Below, piece by piece: positions 14,291 to 28,054 of a DNA stretch of 64,000 bases; position 1 is the stretch's first letter; each line of letters begins with the position of its first letter. Below the pieces are notes generated by a model. That model saw only the letters and a list, made by a program, of their open reading frames with translations. It made no database searches and was not told the DNA's origin. A program made the translations under genes and the position numbers. The DNA comes from the human T2T-CHM13v2.0 reference genome, Homo sapiens. Location of the stretch: assembly GCF_009914755.1 (NCBI RefSeq), contig NC_060947.1. One strand, written 5' to 3'.

Positions 14291-17200
14291 ACACGCATCT
14301 TCAGTCTTATAGGAAGGTCACTTCATAGTTACTGGCAGATGGATTATGTCTAAAATATCAAAGAAAAATCTTTAATATTTTAAAATCTATCTCACTATTC
14401 ACAGCTATTTTATGTTGTTAGATGTAATTTTGGAACTGGGCCACAGCTGGCAGCAGTGATGGAAAGAAACAATGAAAAGAGAAAGCAATTGGTCAAGCTA
14501 CTAATGAACTGATTTGACACAGTGTTTAGCACACAGTTCATTATAAACCTGTAGATGACAGATATTTTAAAATTCTATGTGACAGTACTAAGCAGGAAAA
14601 TAAAGCAGTGTTTGTAGTTGATATTGCAAAATCATCTACAATAATGAAAGGGTCAAATATACGTTGTAAAACTACGTATCTCTTAATGAACCAAGAATAC
14701 ATAGGTAAACTAGAAGTTTAATAATATAGCCAAAACTCTTACCAGAAGGAAAAATATTTGAAAAACGGTTTATAGCATCTTAAAAATATAAACATTAGAA
14801 ATGTATCAAGACTCTCTTAATTTGAATGAGTTATTTAATATTTATTATTATAGATATAGGAAGAGAAACTAATTACTTTAAACTGGAGAGGGTAAATGGA
14901 CTCACTAAGGTATAAAAGTTTCAAAATGTAAATTGTGTGGAGTCTTCTAGACTTCAAATTTTAAAAAGGAATAAAGAAAGTCATTCTCACGGTATTCAAA
15001 AATCATCCCATAAAAAGATTCCAACAAAATTTCTTGTTAATTGTAGTAAAATTACAAGAGTTCCATAACTTCATGCCACAGTATGTCAGGAAGGGCTGCC
15101 AACGCAGAGAAACTCAGAAGACTCCTAGAAATACAACTAGAAAGAAAGTCAGTGGTTATGAATATCAAAGAGACAGAGTTAAAATTGCCAACATGTGTGA
15201 CATTTCCTGAAGGGCAAAAGCAAATTCTGTTGTTTAGAAAGGCAAACATAGTCATTCAAAGAGTACTTTTCTGTACTCCCTGTATTCAATTACGCATAAA
15301 CAGAAGCCAAACAGATTGAAACATTAAACAACAAGCAGTCTACGGTTAGTTTCAGAGAAGTAAAATGTTAATGTTAAATACCTCACATACGACACTGTTT
15401 CATAAACAAATGATCACTTCTCTAGCCCCTCCTCCATATAAATGCCTATCAATTTCTGGTCTATGAAGACTTAGTTTATTCAAAGATAAGTAATCACCAA
15501 TCAGGAACCAGCAGCAGATATATATAAATACACCATAAGGCAGCTATAAAAACAGGAACAGAAAAAAGCAAATGATAGGCAGGAATAGGTGGAGCAAGAT
15601 GGCAGAATAGAAAGCTCCACCAATTGTCCTCCCTTCAAAGACACCAATTTCACAAGCATCTACACGGAAAAGGTCACCTTCATAAGACCCAAAAGTCAGG
15701 TGAGTACTCACAGTACCTAGTTTTAACTTCATATCGCTAAAAGAGGCACTGAAGAGATATGAAAAACAGTTCTGAATATCCAAAACCACGCCTCCACCAC
15801 TGCTCGCAGCAGCTGTGAGCTGTGGAAAGCCTCTCTAGGCACTGGCGAAGAGAGAACACAGCAATTGTGAGACATTAAACTGTACAGTTCTGTTAGAGCA
15901 GAAAGGAACCTGGACCCACCTCAGCTGGCACCCACCCACAGAGGGAGCACTTAAACCAGCCCTAGCCAGAGGGAAATCACTGCAACTGCTAGAACTTGGG
16001 ACCCGGAAGCCTTCCCAGTGCAGGCTAAAGTGTTCGGGATCTCTAGGTAAATGTGAAAGGCAGTCTAGGCCACAAGAACTGCAGCTCTTATGCAGATGCT
16101 AGCACTGAAATAGGTACAGAGCCAGTGGACTAAGACAGCAGCAATCTACTGAGATGACAGCAGAGGCAGCAAAGGGAGTGGTGATATCACCCCTCCCCTA
16201 AACCCAAGCTGCACAGCTCACAGTTCCAAAAGACACCCCTTTCTTCCACCTGAGGAGAGTAGAGGGAAAAGTGGTGAGAATTTTGTCTTGCACCTAGGAT
16301 AACAGCCCAGTCACAGCAGGATAAGGCACTAGTCAGAATCATGAGGCCCCTGTTCCAGGCCCTAGCTTTCAGATGACATTTCTAGATAGACACTGGGCCA
16401 GAAAGGAACCAACTGCCTTGAAGGAAAGGACTCAGTCCTTGCAGCATTCATCACCTGCTAAATGCAGTGCCTTTGTGTCCTGTATAACCAGCGGTGATAC
16501 CCCAGTACTACACTGAGGGCCTTGGTGAGCCTCTGAGACTAGTTGGCTTCAGGCGAGACTCAGCACATTATCAGATGTGGTGGCTATGGGGAAAAACTCC
16601 TTCTGCTTGAGAAAAGCAGAGAAAAAAGTAAAGGCCTTACACCTCAGGTACCAACACTGCCACAGGCAGGTAGAGCATCAAGTGGGATCTTGGGGTCCCT
16701 GTCCAGGATTTGACTCTTAGATGGCATTTCTGGACCTGCCCTGAGTCAGAGGGGAGCCCACTGCCCAGGCTAGGCAGCATTCACCACTAGCCAACTTAAG
16801 AGACCTTAGGCCTTAAGGCAACTTCAGTGGTATTCTGGCAGTACTCCTCTTGGCCAAGGGTGGTGGTAGCTGTAGGGTAAGCCTCCTCTCCCTCTGGAAA
16901 GCAGAGAAATAGAGGGAAGGACTGCTTCTTGTAATTGAGTGCCAGCTCAGCCACAGTACAATAGAACACCAGGTAGACTTCTCAGGTTTTTGACTATTCC
17001 CTGACTCCTAGAACAGCATTTCTGGACCTACCAGGGGAATGGGGGACCTCATTGCCCTGAATGGAAGGACAACAGGCCTGGCTGGCTTTGCCATCTGTTG
17101 ACTGTAGAGGCCCAGAGCCTTGAACAAATACAGGCAGTAGCCAGGGGGTGGTCACAGCAGGCCTCGGACAAGACCCAGTGCTGTGCTGAGTTCAGTCTAA

Positions 17201-20200
17201 CCCAGCACAGTCATAAGTGAAGTGGCCACAGGAGTACTTGTGTCACTCCACCCCCAGCTTTCGGTGACTCAGAACAGAGAGAGAGACTCTGTTTGTTTTG
17301 GAGAAAGTAAGAAGAGAACAAAAGTCTCTGCCTGGTAATCCAGAGAATTCTTCTAGATATTGTCAAACACCATCAAGAAGTTACCTCTATGAGTCTGTAA
17401 GAACCACAGTGTTGCTGGGCTCAGTGTGCTCCCTAAAGCAGAAACAGTGTAGATTACAACAACCAAGTCCTTTCAAATATCTGGAAAGTCTTCCCAAGAA
17501 TAATGGCTACAATAAGGCCAAACAGTGAAGACTACAATAAATGCCTGACTCTTCAGTGTCCAGAAACTGAAGAGCATCCATTAGCATCAACACCATCCAG
17601 GAAAACACGGCCTCACCAAAGGAACTAAATAACACACCATTGACCAATCCTGGAGAAACAGAGATATATGACCAAAAAGCCAGAGAATTCAAAAGAACTG
17701 TGTTGCAGAAACTCAAAGAAATTCAAGATAACAAACAGAAGGAATTCAGAATTCTATCATACAAATTTAACAAAGGGATTCAAATAATTAAAAAGAATCA
17801 AGCAGAAATTCTGGAACTGAAAAATGCAATTGGTGTGCTGAAGAATGCATCACAGAACTTTAATAGCAGAATGGATCAAGCAGAAGAAGAATTAGTGAGC
17901 TTGAAGACAGGCTATTTGAGAATACACAGTCAGAGTAGACAAAAGTAAAAAGAATAAAAAATAATGAAGCACATCTACAGGATTTAGAAAACAGCCTCAA
18001 AAGGGAAAATCCAAGCATAATTGGTATGAAAGAGGAGATAGAGAAAGAGAAAGGCTAGAAGGTTTATTCAAAAGGATGACAGAAAACTTCCTAAAGCTAG
18101 AGAAAGCTATCAATGTTCACGTACAAGAAGGCTATAGAATACCAAACAGATTTTTCCCAAAGAAGAGTACCTCAAGGTATTTAATAATCTAACTTCCAAA
18201 GGTCAAGGATAAAGAAAGAATCCTAAAAGCAACAAGAGAAAAGAAACAAATAACATACAATGCAGCTCCAATACATTGGGCAGCAGACTTTTCAATGGAA
18301 ACCTTATAGGCCAGAAGAGAGTGGCATGGCATATTTAAAGTGCTGAAGTAAAAACAAACAAACAACAACAACAAAACAACCTTTCACCCTAGAATAGTAT
18401 ACCCAGTGAAAATATCCTCCAAGCACGAAAGAGAAATACAGACTTTTCCACACAAACAAAAGTTGAGGGATTTCATCAATACCAGACCCATTCTCCCAGA
18501 AATGCTAAAGGGAGTACTTCAGTCAAAAAGAAAAGAACATTAATGAACAATAAGAAATCATCTGGAAATATAAACTCTCCAATCAAAAGACATAGACTGG
18601 CTGAATGGATGAAAAAATAAGACCCATATACCTGTGGCCTACAAGAAACACCCTCACCTATGAAGATACATATAGACTCAAAATAAAGGGAAGAAGAAAG
18701 ATATTCCATGCTAATGGAAATCAAAAAAGAGCAGGAGTCACTATACTTATATCAGACAAAAGAGATTTTAAGAGACAAAATACTAGAAGAGACAAAGGTC
18801 ACTATATAATGATAAATGGGTCAATTCAGCAAGAGGATCTAATTTTAAATATATATGCACCCAACACTGGACAACACAGATATATAAAGAAAATTGTTAG
18901 AGAGAGAGAAATATTAAAAAGAGAAATAGGCCACAATACGATAATAGCTGGAGACTTCAATACCCCACTTTAAGCATTTGACAGATCTTCTAGACAGAAA
19001 ACCAAAAGGGAAATCTCAGAGTTAATCTGCACTATAGAACAAATAAATCTAATATATATTAACAGAACATTTCATCCAAAGGCTACAGAATACACCTTCT
19101 TCTCAGCACATGGAACATTCTCAATGATGAACCATATCTTAGGTCAAAAAACAATTCTTAAAACATTTAAAAAATTGAAATAATATCAAGCATCTTCTCT
19201 GACCACAATGAAATAAAACTAGAAACTAGTAACGTGAGAAACTTAGGAAGCTAAACAATTACATAAAGAATAAACAGTATGCTTCTGAATGACCAGTGGG
19301 TTTATAAAAAATTTAAGAAGAAAACAAGAATTTCTTAAAACAAATGATAATGGACACACAACACACCAAAAATCTGTGGAATACAGCAAAAGCAGTACCA
19401 AGAGGGAAGTTTATAGCTATAAGTGCCTACATCAAAAAAGAGAAAAAATTCAAATAAACAATCTAATGATGCATCTTAAAGAACTGTAAAAGCAAGAGCA
19501 ACCCTTACCCAACATTAGTAGAACAAAAGAGGTAATAAATATTGGAGCACAAATTTTTAAAAATTGAAATAAAAAACCAATACAAAATCAATGAAACAAA
19601 AAGTTGTTTTTTTGAAAAGTTAAACAAAATGGACCAATCTTTAGCCAAACTAAGGGAAAAAATAGAGAAGATATAGATAAAAGCAGAAATGAAAAAGGAG
19701 ACATTGCAGCTAATACTGCAGAAATTCAAAGGATTATTAATGGCTACTATGAGCAGCTATATGTCAATACATTGGACAATCTAGAAGATGAGGTTAAAAT
19801 TCTAAATACATAAAACCTAACAAGATTGAACCCAGAAGAAATCCAAAATCTGACCAGACCAATAAAGTAATGAGATTGATGCTGTAATAAAAATATCTTC
19901 CAGTAAAGAAAAGCCCACTACCTGATGGCTTCACTGCTGAATTCTACCAAACATTGAAAGAGGAACTAATACCGATCCTACTTACACTATTTAAAAATAG
20001 AAGAGGAAGGAATACTTTCAAACTCATTCTATGAGGCCAGTATTAGCCTGATACTAAATGCAGACAAAGACACATCAACAAAAGAAAACCACAAGCCCAT
20101 GTCTTTGATGAATATTGATGCAAAAATCCTCAACAAAATACCAGCAAACCAATTTAGACAATACATTAGAAAGATCATTCACTATGAGCAAGTGTTATTT

Positions 20201-21572
20201 ATCCTTGAGACACCTCGACATATGCAAAACATTCAATGTAATACATCATATAAACAGAATGAAGAATAAAAACCATATGATTATTTAAATTGATGCTGAA
20301 AAAGCACTTGATAAAATTCAACATCCCTTCATGATAAAAAGCCTAAAAAAACTGGATATAGAAGGAACCTACCTCACCATAATAAAAGCCATGTATGACG
20401 GACCCACAGCTAGTATCATATAGAATGGAGAAATTGTGAAAGCCTTTCCTCTGAGATCTGGAACATGGCAAGAATGCCCACTGTCACCACTGTTATTCAA
20501 CGTAGAACTGGAAGCCCGAGCTATAGAAATCAGACAAGAGAAGGATATAAAGGGCATCCAATTTGGAAAGGAATAGTCAAAATGATTCTTCTTTGCTGAT
20601 GATATGATCTTAAATTGGAAAAACCTAAAGGCGCCACAAGAAAGCAATTAGAACTGATAAACAAATTCAGTAAAGCTGCAGAATACAAAATCAACATACA
20701 AAAATCAGTAGCATTTCTATATGCCAACATGGAACGATGTGAAAAAGAAATAAAAATATAATCCCATTTATAATAGCCGCACATAAAATTAAGTACCCAG
20801 GAATTGACTTAACCATAGAAATGAGATCTTTATAATAAAAAAATTATAAAACACTGATAAAGAAATTGAAGCAGATATCAAAAAATTGAAAATATTGCAT
20901 GTTCATGAATTGGAAGAATCAATACTGTTAAAATGTCCATGATAACCAAAGCAATCTACAGATTCAATGCAATCCCTATCAAAATACCAATGACATTCTT
21001 AACAGAAATAGAAAAAAAACTACCCTACAACATATATAGAAACACAAAAGACACAGAATAGCCAATGCTATGTTATGCAAAAAGAACAAAACTGTAGTAA
21101 TCATATTACCTGACTTGAAATTTTACTACAGAGCTATAGTCACTAAAACAGCATGGTACTGGCATAAAAACAGACACATTGTCCAGTGGAATTGACTAGG
21201 GAAAGCAGAAACAAATCCACACACCTATAGTGAACTCATTTTTGACAAAAGTGCCAGGTACATACACTGGGAATAAGGCAGTATTCAGTAAACAGACCTG
21301 GGAAAACTGTATATTCATATGGAAAAGAAATAAACTAGACAACTATCTCATGCCACGTACAAAAATAAAATCAAAATAGATTAAAGACTTTTAACACCTA
21401 AAACTATAAAACTACAACAAGAAAATCTTGGAGGAAATCTCTAGGACATTGGTCTTGCTAAAGATTTCTTGAGTAATACCCCATAAGCACAGGCAACCAA
21501 AGCAAACATGGACAAATGAGATCAAATCAATTTAAAAACCTTCTGCACAGCAAAAGATATAATCAACAAAGT

Positions 21573-22675
21573 GAAATTGCTGGATCAAATGGTAGTTCTA
21601 CATTTAGTTCTTCAAGGAATTTCTCTACTGTTTTCCATAGTAGTTGTACCAGTTTACATTCCTATCAGCAGTGTAAACACGTTCCCTTTTCACTACATGT
21701 ATTCCAACATCTATTTTTTTTTTTCATTTTTAAATTATGGCCATTAATGCAGGAATAAGGTTTTATCTCATTGTGGTTTTAATTTGCAATTCACTGATAA
21801 TTAGTGAGGTTGACTATTTTTTGATATTTGCTGGCCATTCATATATCTTCTTTTGAGAATGGCCTATTCATGTTTTTGCCCACTTTTTGATGGGATTATT
21901 TGTTTTGTTTTTTTTTTACTGAATTGTCTGAGTTCCCTGTAGATTCTGAATATTAGTCCCCTGTTAAATGCAAAGTTTGCTAATATATTTTGAGAATTGT
22001 TTATTCTTGTTCTTTGCTCACTTTTTGATGGGATTATTTGATTTATCCTTGCTGATTTGTTTGAGTTCCTTGTAGATTCTGAATATTCGTCTTTTGTCAG
22101 ATATTTAGCTTGGTAATATTTTCTTCCACTCTCTGTTGTTTTATGAATAAATAAGACACTTGCACATGCGGGTTGATAGCAGCACAATTCAAAACTGCAA
22201 AAATATGGATCCAACATAAATGCCCATCAAACAATGAGTGAATAAAAAAAATTGTATATACACACCATAAAATAATACTCAGCCACAGAAAGGAATAAAA
22301 TAATGGCATTTGCATCAACCTGGATAGAGATGGACACCATTATTCTAAGTGAAGTAACTAAAAAATGAAAAACCAAACATTGCATGTTCTCAGTTACAAG
22401 TGGGAGCTAAGCTATGAGAACTCAAGGGCATCAAAATGATATAGTGAACTTTGGGGACTCATGAGGAAGGGCGGGAGGGGGTGAGTGATAAAAGACCGCA
22501 CATTGGATACAGTGTACACTGCTCAGGTGACAGGTGCACCAAAATTTCAGAAATTACCACTAAAGAACTTATCCATGTAACCAAAAGCCACCTGTTCCCC
22601 AAAATATATTGAAATAAAATAAAATAAAATAAAATAAAATAAAATAAAATAAAATAAAATAAAATAAAATAAAAA
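21573..22675 (+). mobile_element. L1PB1-like insertion with 5' inversion, nested in the L1MA2 ORF2
   Basis: About 21573-22140 is antisense L1 and about 22145-22612 is the sense 3' end (GGGAGCTAAGCTATGAG..ACCACTAAAGAACTTATCCATGTAACC). The host breaks at ATCAACAAAGTG and resumes at AAAGTAGAGACAGCCCACAG. Confidence 0.85.
22612..22675 (+). repeat. (AAAAT)n microsatellite, about 12 units, derived from the L1 poly(A) tail
   Basis: Direct reading. Confidence 0.95.
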
Positions 22676-23889
22676 AGTAGAGACAGCCCACAGCACGGAA
22701 GGAAACATTTGCAAACTACCCATTTGACAAGGGAATAATAACCAGAATATATCAGGAGCTCAAACAACTTTATAGAAAAAACACCTAATAATCCAACCAA
22801 AAAATGGGCAAATAATTTAAATAGACATTTCTCAAAATAAAACATACAAATGGCAAACAGACATATGAAAAGGTGCTCCACAGCATGGATCATCAGAGAA
22901 ATGCAAATCAAAACTACAATGAGATATCATTGCACACCAGGTCAAATGGTTTATATCCAAAACACAGGCAATAACAAATGTTGGCAAGGATTTGGAGAAA
23001 AATGAAAGTTTGTACACTGTTGATGGGAATGTAATTGGTAAAAGCACTATGAATAATAGTTCGGAGTTTCCACACAGGACTAAAAATTAAGCTAACATAT
23101 CATCCAGCAATCCCACTAATGGGTATGTACTAAAAAGACGAGAAATCAGTATATTGAAGAGATATCTGCACTTCTATATTTGTTGGAGCACTGTTCACAG
23201 TAGCTAAGATTTGGAAGCAACCTAAGTGCCCATTGACAGATGAATGGATAAAGAATGAGGTACATATACACAATGGAGTAATATGCAGTCATAAAAAAGA
23301 ATGAAATTCTGTCTTTTGCAACAACATTGATGGAACTGGAGGTTATTATGTTAAGTGAAATAAGCCAGGCACAGAAAGACAAACATTGCATATTCCCACT
23401 TATTTGTGGAATCTAAAAATCAAAACAATAGAACTCATGGACATAGAAGGATGGTTATCAGAGGCTGGGAAGGATAGTGGGGTGAAGGGATAGAGGTGGG
23501 GATGGTTAATGGGTACAAAAAATAGAAAGAATGGATAAGACCTACTATTTAATACTGCAATAGGGTGACTATAGTCAATAATAACGTAATTGTCTATTCT
23601 AAAATAATTCAAAGAATGTAATTGGATTGTTTGTAACTCAAAGGATAAATACTTGAGGGGATGGATACCCCATTCTCCATGATGTGCTTATTTCACATCG
23701 CATGTCTGTATCAAAGCATCTCATGGACTCCATAAATACATACATCTACTATGTACCCACTAAAATTTTTAAAAATATTAAAATAAAATACAAATGGTAG
23801 GCAAATAATGCTAATACAAATCCTGTGAAGTAAAAAATAACATAAATATTTTATTGTAAATTAATGCATTAAAGAACTATATCTTTAAA

Positions 23890-24400
23890 ATAGGATCTCA
23901 AAACGAAGATACAAGGTGTCAGAGAAGATATAGCAAAATGATATGAGATAAAACATGAGCCAGAAAAACTAAAAACAAAAGTCAGAAAAAATAGTCACCT
24001 TATATTTGAAATACCATAAAGAAAAGTAAACAGTTGAAAACACAACAAGGAATATAAAAAAGAGAATTGATAAAAGTTTGTAAGAAAAACATGAATATTA
24101 ACAGTGTCAGAAAGTTTTTAATTTAATTTAAATTTAATAGAAAACAAGCAAGAGAGCCAACTTGTGCATATTTGCTGTCACTGAAGAAGAGAATCAGATA
24201 AATGGAATATAAAATCAATGTTTAAAATGATTATTTATAAATCCTTTCTGAAAATAAGAAAATGTTATGTATATACACTTTAGGACACTGAGTAACAAGG
24301 AAAAAAAAATTAACACAGCCATCAACACCAAAGCACAAGCTAGTAAAGTTTCTCAGCTTCAAAAATAAAGCAAAATCCTTTGGATATCCTAACAAAATAT
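23890..24400 (+). mobile_element. Ancient L1M/HAL1 ORF1 remnant
   Basis: A-rich, with CCAAC..GTCACTGAAGAAGAGAAT..TCAACACCAAAGCAC..CTAGTAAAG..TTCAAAAATAAAG..AAAATCCT ORF1-like motifs. Confidence 0.5.
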
Positions 24401-24419
24401 GGGGAAAGAAACTTTGAAA

Positions 24420-27400
24420 ACTGACAAATAAAAAAATCTATAAATTTATGAAATCCACTTCTATCTGTTCCATCACTGATAGATTCACTGTTGCATCTAT
24501 CAGTGTATATGTGTCATGTGTATGTGATATTTCACCACAAAACATGTGAAAGAGCTCTAATCAATTGGCTTAAAGAAAAAATAAGTGCTCAAATAAAATA
24601 TTGCATTAGAAAAATAGAAGCTAGGTCAAACGCCTTTTAGTTCACATGACTTTAATAATCTTTGGTAAATAAAACTAGTTTCAAAATTCTTTTCAGTAAT
24701 TTAAAATGATAAAGACATGTTATGTTAAATTTAAACCCAGGTTTCTCATTGGAAATTAGAGACTAAGAGCAGAATAGTAGTTAATATATGTAATTAAAAC
24801 CATTCTACATATGGAATACTAAAAGAAAGTAGGATTATTTTGGTAAAAGTTATAAAAACATGAGGATATGTTTTTGGCTTAAAGAATAAGCAATTTTGTC
24901 TAATTTGGAGGCTATTTAAAAGTTGCTTCAAAATGAAAGAAAAAATGGTATAGATAAAACTAAATAGATAGAAAGAGAAAAGATAAAAAGGTGTGGAATG
25001 AGAAACATTTGATTCCTGTGTGGCCATGTAGTCACCCATAGTATGGAGCTGTAGCTGTGCTGCATTCAGTTATTAAAGGTAACTGTTACCAGTAGAATTT
25101 AGAGATGGCTCAAACTCCTGGGGGATTGGTTCAATGGATGTATAAGGAGAAAGAAACTAATAAGCAAAAAGCAAAATATTCGATCCTTTGGTTATTATCT
25201 ATAACAGCTAAAATAAAAGTAAAAGAGAGTGCTGGGTTATGCCTTGAGGCTGGACCAACCTCAGATGTGGATCTGTCCGAGTTCAGATCACTAGATTCAA
25301 AGCTACTCACAAAGGGGAAAATTATGCCAGGGACAAAAGAAAGTACCTCTGAGACCTGTGCTTACCAAGAAGGCAGTCAAAGTGGGGAAGGGGCAAAACC
25401 AAGTAACTATTGAGACTAGAGGATATGATATGAAGGAATTGTTCCATTTTGTAGATGGGTATCATCAGCTCACTGATAAACTTTTACTAAAATGGATTGT
25501 GAACATAACTAATTTGGGAACAATGTCTTAGATTTTAAATGCTATAGTAAAAGAGTATGTTTCCATTGATGCAGGACCCACAGCTCAATACTGAACAATT
25601 CCAAATAGATACATATGATCCGGACACACAGGAGGTTATTTCCAAGGGAACAGCTATCGTGGCGGACTGGATAAAACCACTGTAAGTTCTGTTTACTCTG
25701 AGAAGAGGGGCTATCCAACTCCCCCTAAAATTGCCAAGAACAGCACCCCAGATAATGCAGCTGATATGCTTTATATGCAAGCCATGGGAGATTAGTTTTA
25801 GGATAAACAGGATATGCACCCAAGGAATAGGCCTGTTACCCAGGTCATGGTACATGCTATTGAAAAGGGTGCCCCTTTGGTTTCATCACTACTGCAAAAC
25901 TGAATAACAGTTCAGAAAGGCTTCTCAAATTCGCTGTCTCAACTTCCCCTTGTGGGTCTTTACAGATGTTAATGGAAACATTAGGTTAATTAACAAGAAG
26001 AACTTGGGGAAAACAAAAGGTAACAAGAACATGAGAATCAAAGGACTCATCCCAGGAAGGTAAAACATTTTAAATAGTTATTTTTTTAAAAAAGTAAGTT
26101 TTAAAAACATTGATGGGGTGATATTAAGAGAAAAAGGAAAGGAAGAGGTCATGGGACTCATCCCGGCAGGGTAGAAAATTTTAGATGGTTATTAAGAAAT
26201 GGGATGAATAAAATGTAAATTGATGTGGTTAAAATGAAGGTCTTAAATCCTCAAAGCCAAAAGCCAAAGTTGGGTAGATCAAAAAGGTCCCTTGCTGGTC
26301 TGCTAACATTAAAGGATCTCAACCAAACCAATTTTTTTTTTTATTTACTGCAGATTGGAGAAAAAATAAAATTAGAAGAAAAAGGTTATAATGAGAACAC
26401 TAACAATTGCCTCAAGATAAGATTGACAAAAGGATCCAAATCCTTTGACCCAACCCCCTCCTGGGAACTCAAATTCTTTTACACAAGAAAGGGTAAAATG
26501 GTCTGCGAGTGGAAATGGAAGTTACTGGGACCAGAACATAAAAATGTAAGGGTTGATATACTTATGAAATTTGAAATGTTTAAACAGACTAATATAAAAT
26601 AGTTGTGTCTCCATTACCTAAATGCTTTCTGAAAATGAATATTATATATAACTAAAGGATGTTCTCTCTACCTACCACTATAAAACAGAAGGCTTGAAAA
26701 TCTGCCCTTGAGCAATATTAATTGGACATGCTAAATGAGAACAAGTAAGATTGCCCAAGCCCACAGACTGTAGTGCAGAAACTGGAGTACGAGTTGGGAT
26801 GAATTGTCCATCTAACAGGCTTTGTGAAGCATTTACAGGGGCTTATGGCAAATGCCTGTGAGCACCTTGCAATAACAACTTTTGGGACTTTGCTCTAGAG
26901 AATTTCCACTTGAGGGGTATTTAACACCTTGCTATGGGATGTTAACTGAAGCTACCCTTATGCTAATGAAAATAGCAGTGCCCAGAAGAGTTCCATGAAA
27001 AAATTGAAATGGTTTATATAGGATCTTGCTTCTCAAAGAATGTAAGGAGGAAATACTCACAGTCCCTTTTTTCCCTCAGGACTAATATGGAAGTGTTTAA
27101 GAAGCTGCTGGATTCTATAGTGCCCAAGAAACAGCTCTCATCAGACTGACAAAGAGCTACTTGGTTTGTGGAAGGCGTTTCAAGGGAGACTGGACAACAT
27201 CTTGTTGGGAAGGCTGTTACTCTGAAGAAGAATCAAGAGAACCTATTTTCTTTCTAGCTATTTACAGCTTAGAAAAGTTGTGACACAATTGGAGACACTG
27301 ATTATTTTATCAAGGCTTTGACTGGAATGGCATATATTCAAATATGACCAGATTGAGGAATTGAGGTCAAGTTTATGGAGCCAATAAAAATTCCCTTGGA

Positions 27401-27749
27401 AAGACTGACCTAGTTAGTACCTTTTCTAAATGGTTCCTTTACAAGGATTCTTTGTAAAGAATGTCACTTTCTATTAAAAATAGGCCCAGGAACCCCAAAA
27501 CATTTGGGGACCTCAAGAAGAGAGGAATTCGTACAGATATTATAAGCAAAGTCTAAGGGTAAATCCTTGGGTTGGCTTCTGGCCTTGAGGATTTTAAAAC
27601 GTTGAGTCTAAAATTCCTTATAAAAGTTCCAGCAAAGCCAGGTTAAAAGGAGTCTATATGGCTGATCACTATGCTTGCTACACTTTATGCAAATAACCAT
27701 GGCAAGTACAATGAGAACAAAATTTATTTTGCAAACAAATTGGTCTTAT
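24420..27749 (+). mobile_element. Non-autonomous ERV internal region (MER4 group; MER34/MER21-int-like) with decayed gag/pol-like segments
   Basis: AAGAGCTCTAATCAATTGGCTTAAAG and GCCTTTTAGTTCACATGACTT..TTTGGTAAATAAAACTAG, plus TTTTATCAAGGCTTTGACTGGAATGGCAT, are MER4-group internal hallmarks. No LTR of its own is visible. Confidence 0.7.
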
Positions 27750-28054
27750 TGTTACAGGTAGTCAGGCATGAGCAGGGCAGGAGAGGGACCCCCCTCCCAC
27801 TACCCACCAGGAATGTCAGGTGATCATCAGGTGATGGTTTGGCATCTATCACACTTCCTCTCTAAAAATGATAATTGGCAGCCAGCACCAGGGAGATGCC
27901 ATTTTCTGAAGGTGCACAGTTATGACAATAAAATAATAGATCGCAGGTTCCAGCGAGAGGCAGTTTCTCTACAGATAAAAACATTTGAAATTGGTAATTG
28001 GCAGCTTAGGAATTGGGTGAGCACACTCCAGCATGTGCGTTAAGAGACAAAATG
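27750..28054 (+). mobile_element. ERV1 LTR 5' part (MER83/MER50-like), truncated at the Alu
   Basis: TGTTACAGGTAGTCAGGCATGAGCAGGGCAGGAGAGGG..CCAGGAATGTCAGGTGATCATCAGGTGATGG. Confidence 0.75.

Larger units (their letters stand above)
15582..23790 (+). mobile_element. Near full-length old L1 (L1MA2-like) with decayed ORF1 and ORF2
   Basis: 5' GGTGGAGCAAGATGGCAGAATAG, about 2-kb 5'UTR, ORF1 remnants (17590-18540) and ORF2 remnants (LNIYAPN, IIAGDFNTPL). 3'UTR GGATACCCCATTCTCCATGATGTGCTTATT. Degenerate TSD CAAATGATAGGCA (15569) / CAAATGGTAGGCA (23791). Confidence 0.88.

Noticed and set aside
14991-15124. Possible minus-strand exon (TTGTATTTCTAG acceptor, ACC|GTGAGA donor)
   Set aside because: There are stops in all three frames, and such motif pairs are common by chance. 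A non-coding exon cannot be supported without transcript data.
22612-22675. Regular repeats as a CRISPR-like array
   Set aside because: This is a simple microsatellite without spacers, in primate DNA with no cas genes.
22459-22911. 150-aa hydrophobic, membrane-protein-like ORF
   Set aside because: It is antisense L1 read through the (TTTTA)n repeat. The hydrophobicity is compositional, as for the 146-aa ORF at 43661-44101.
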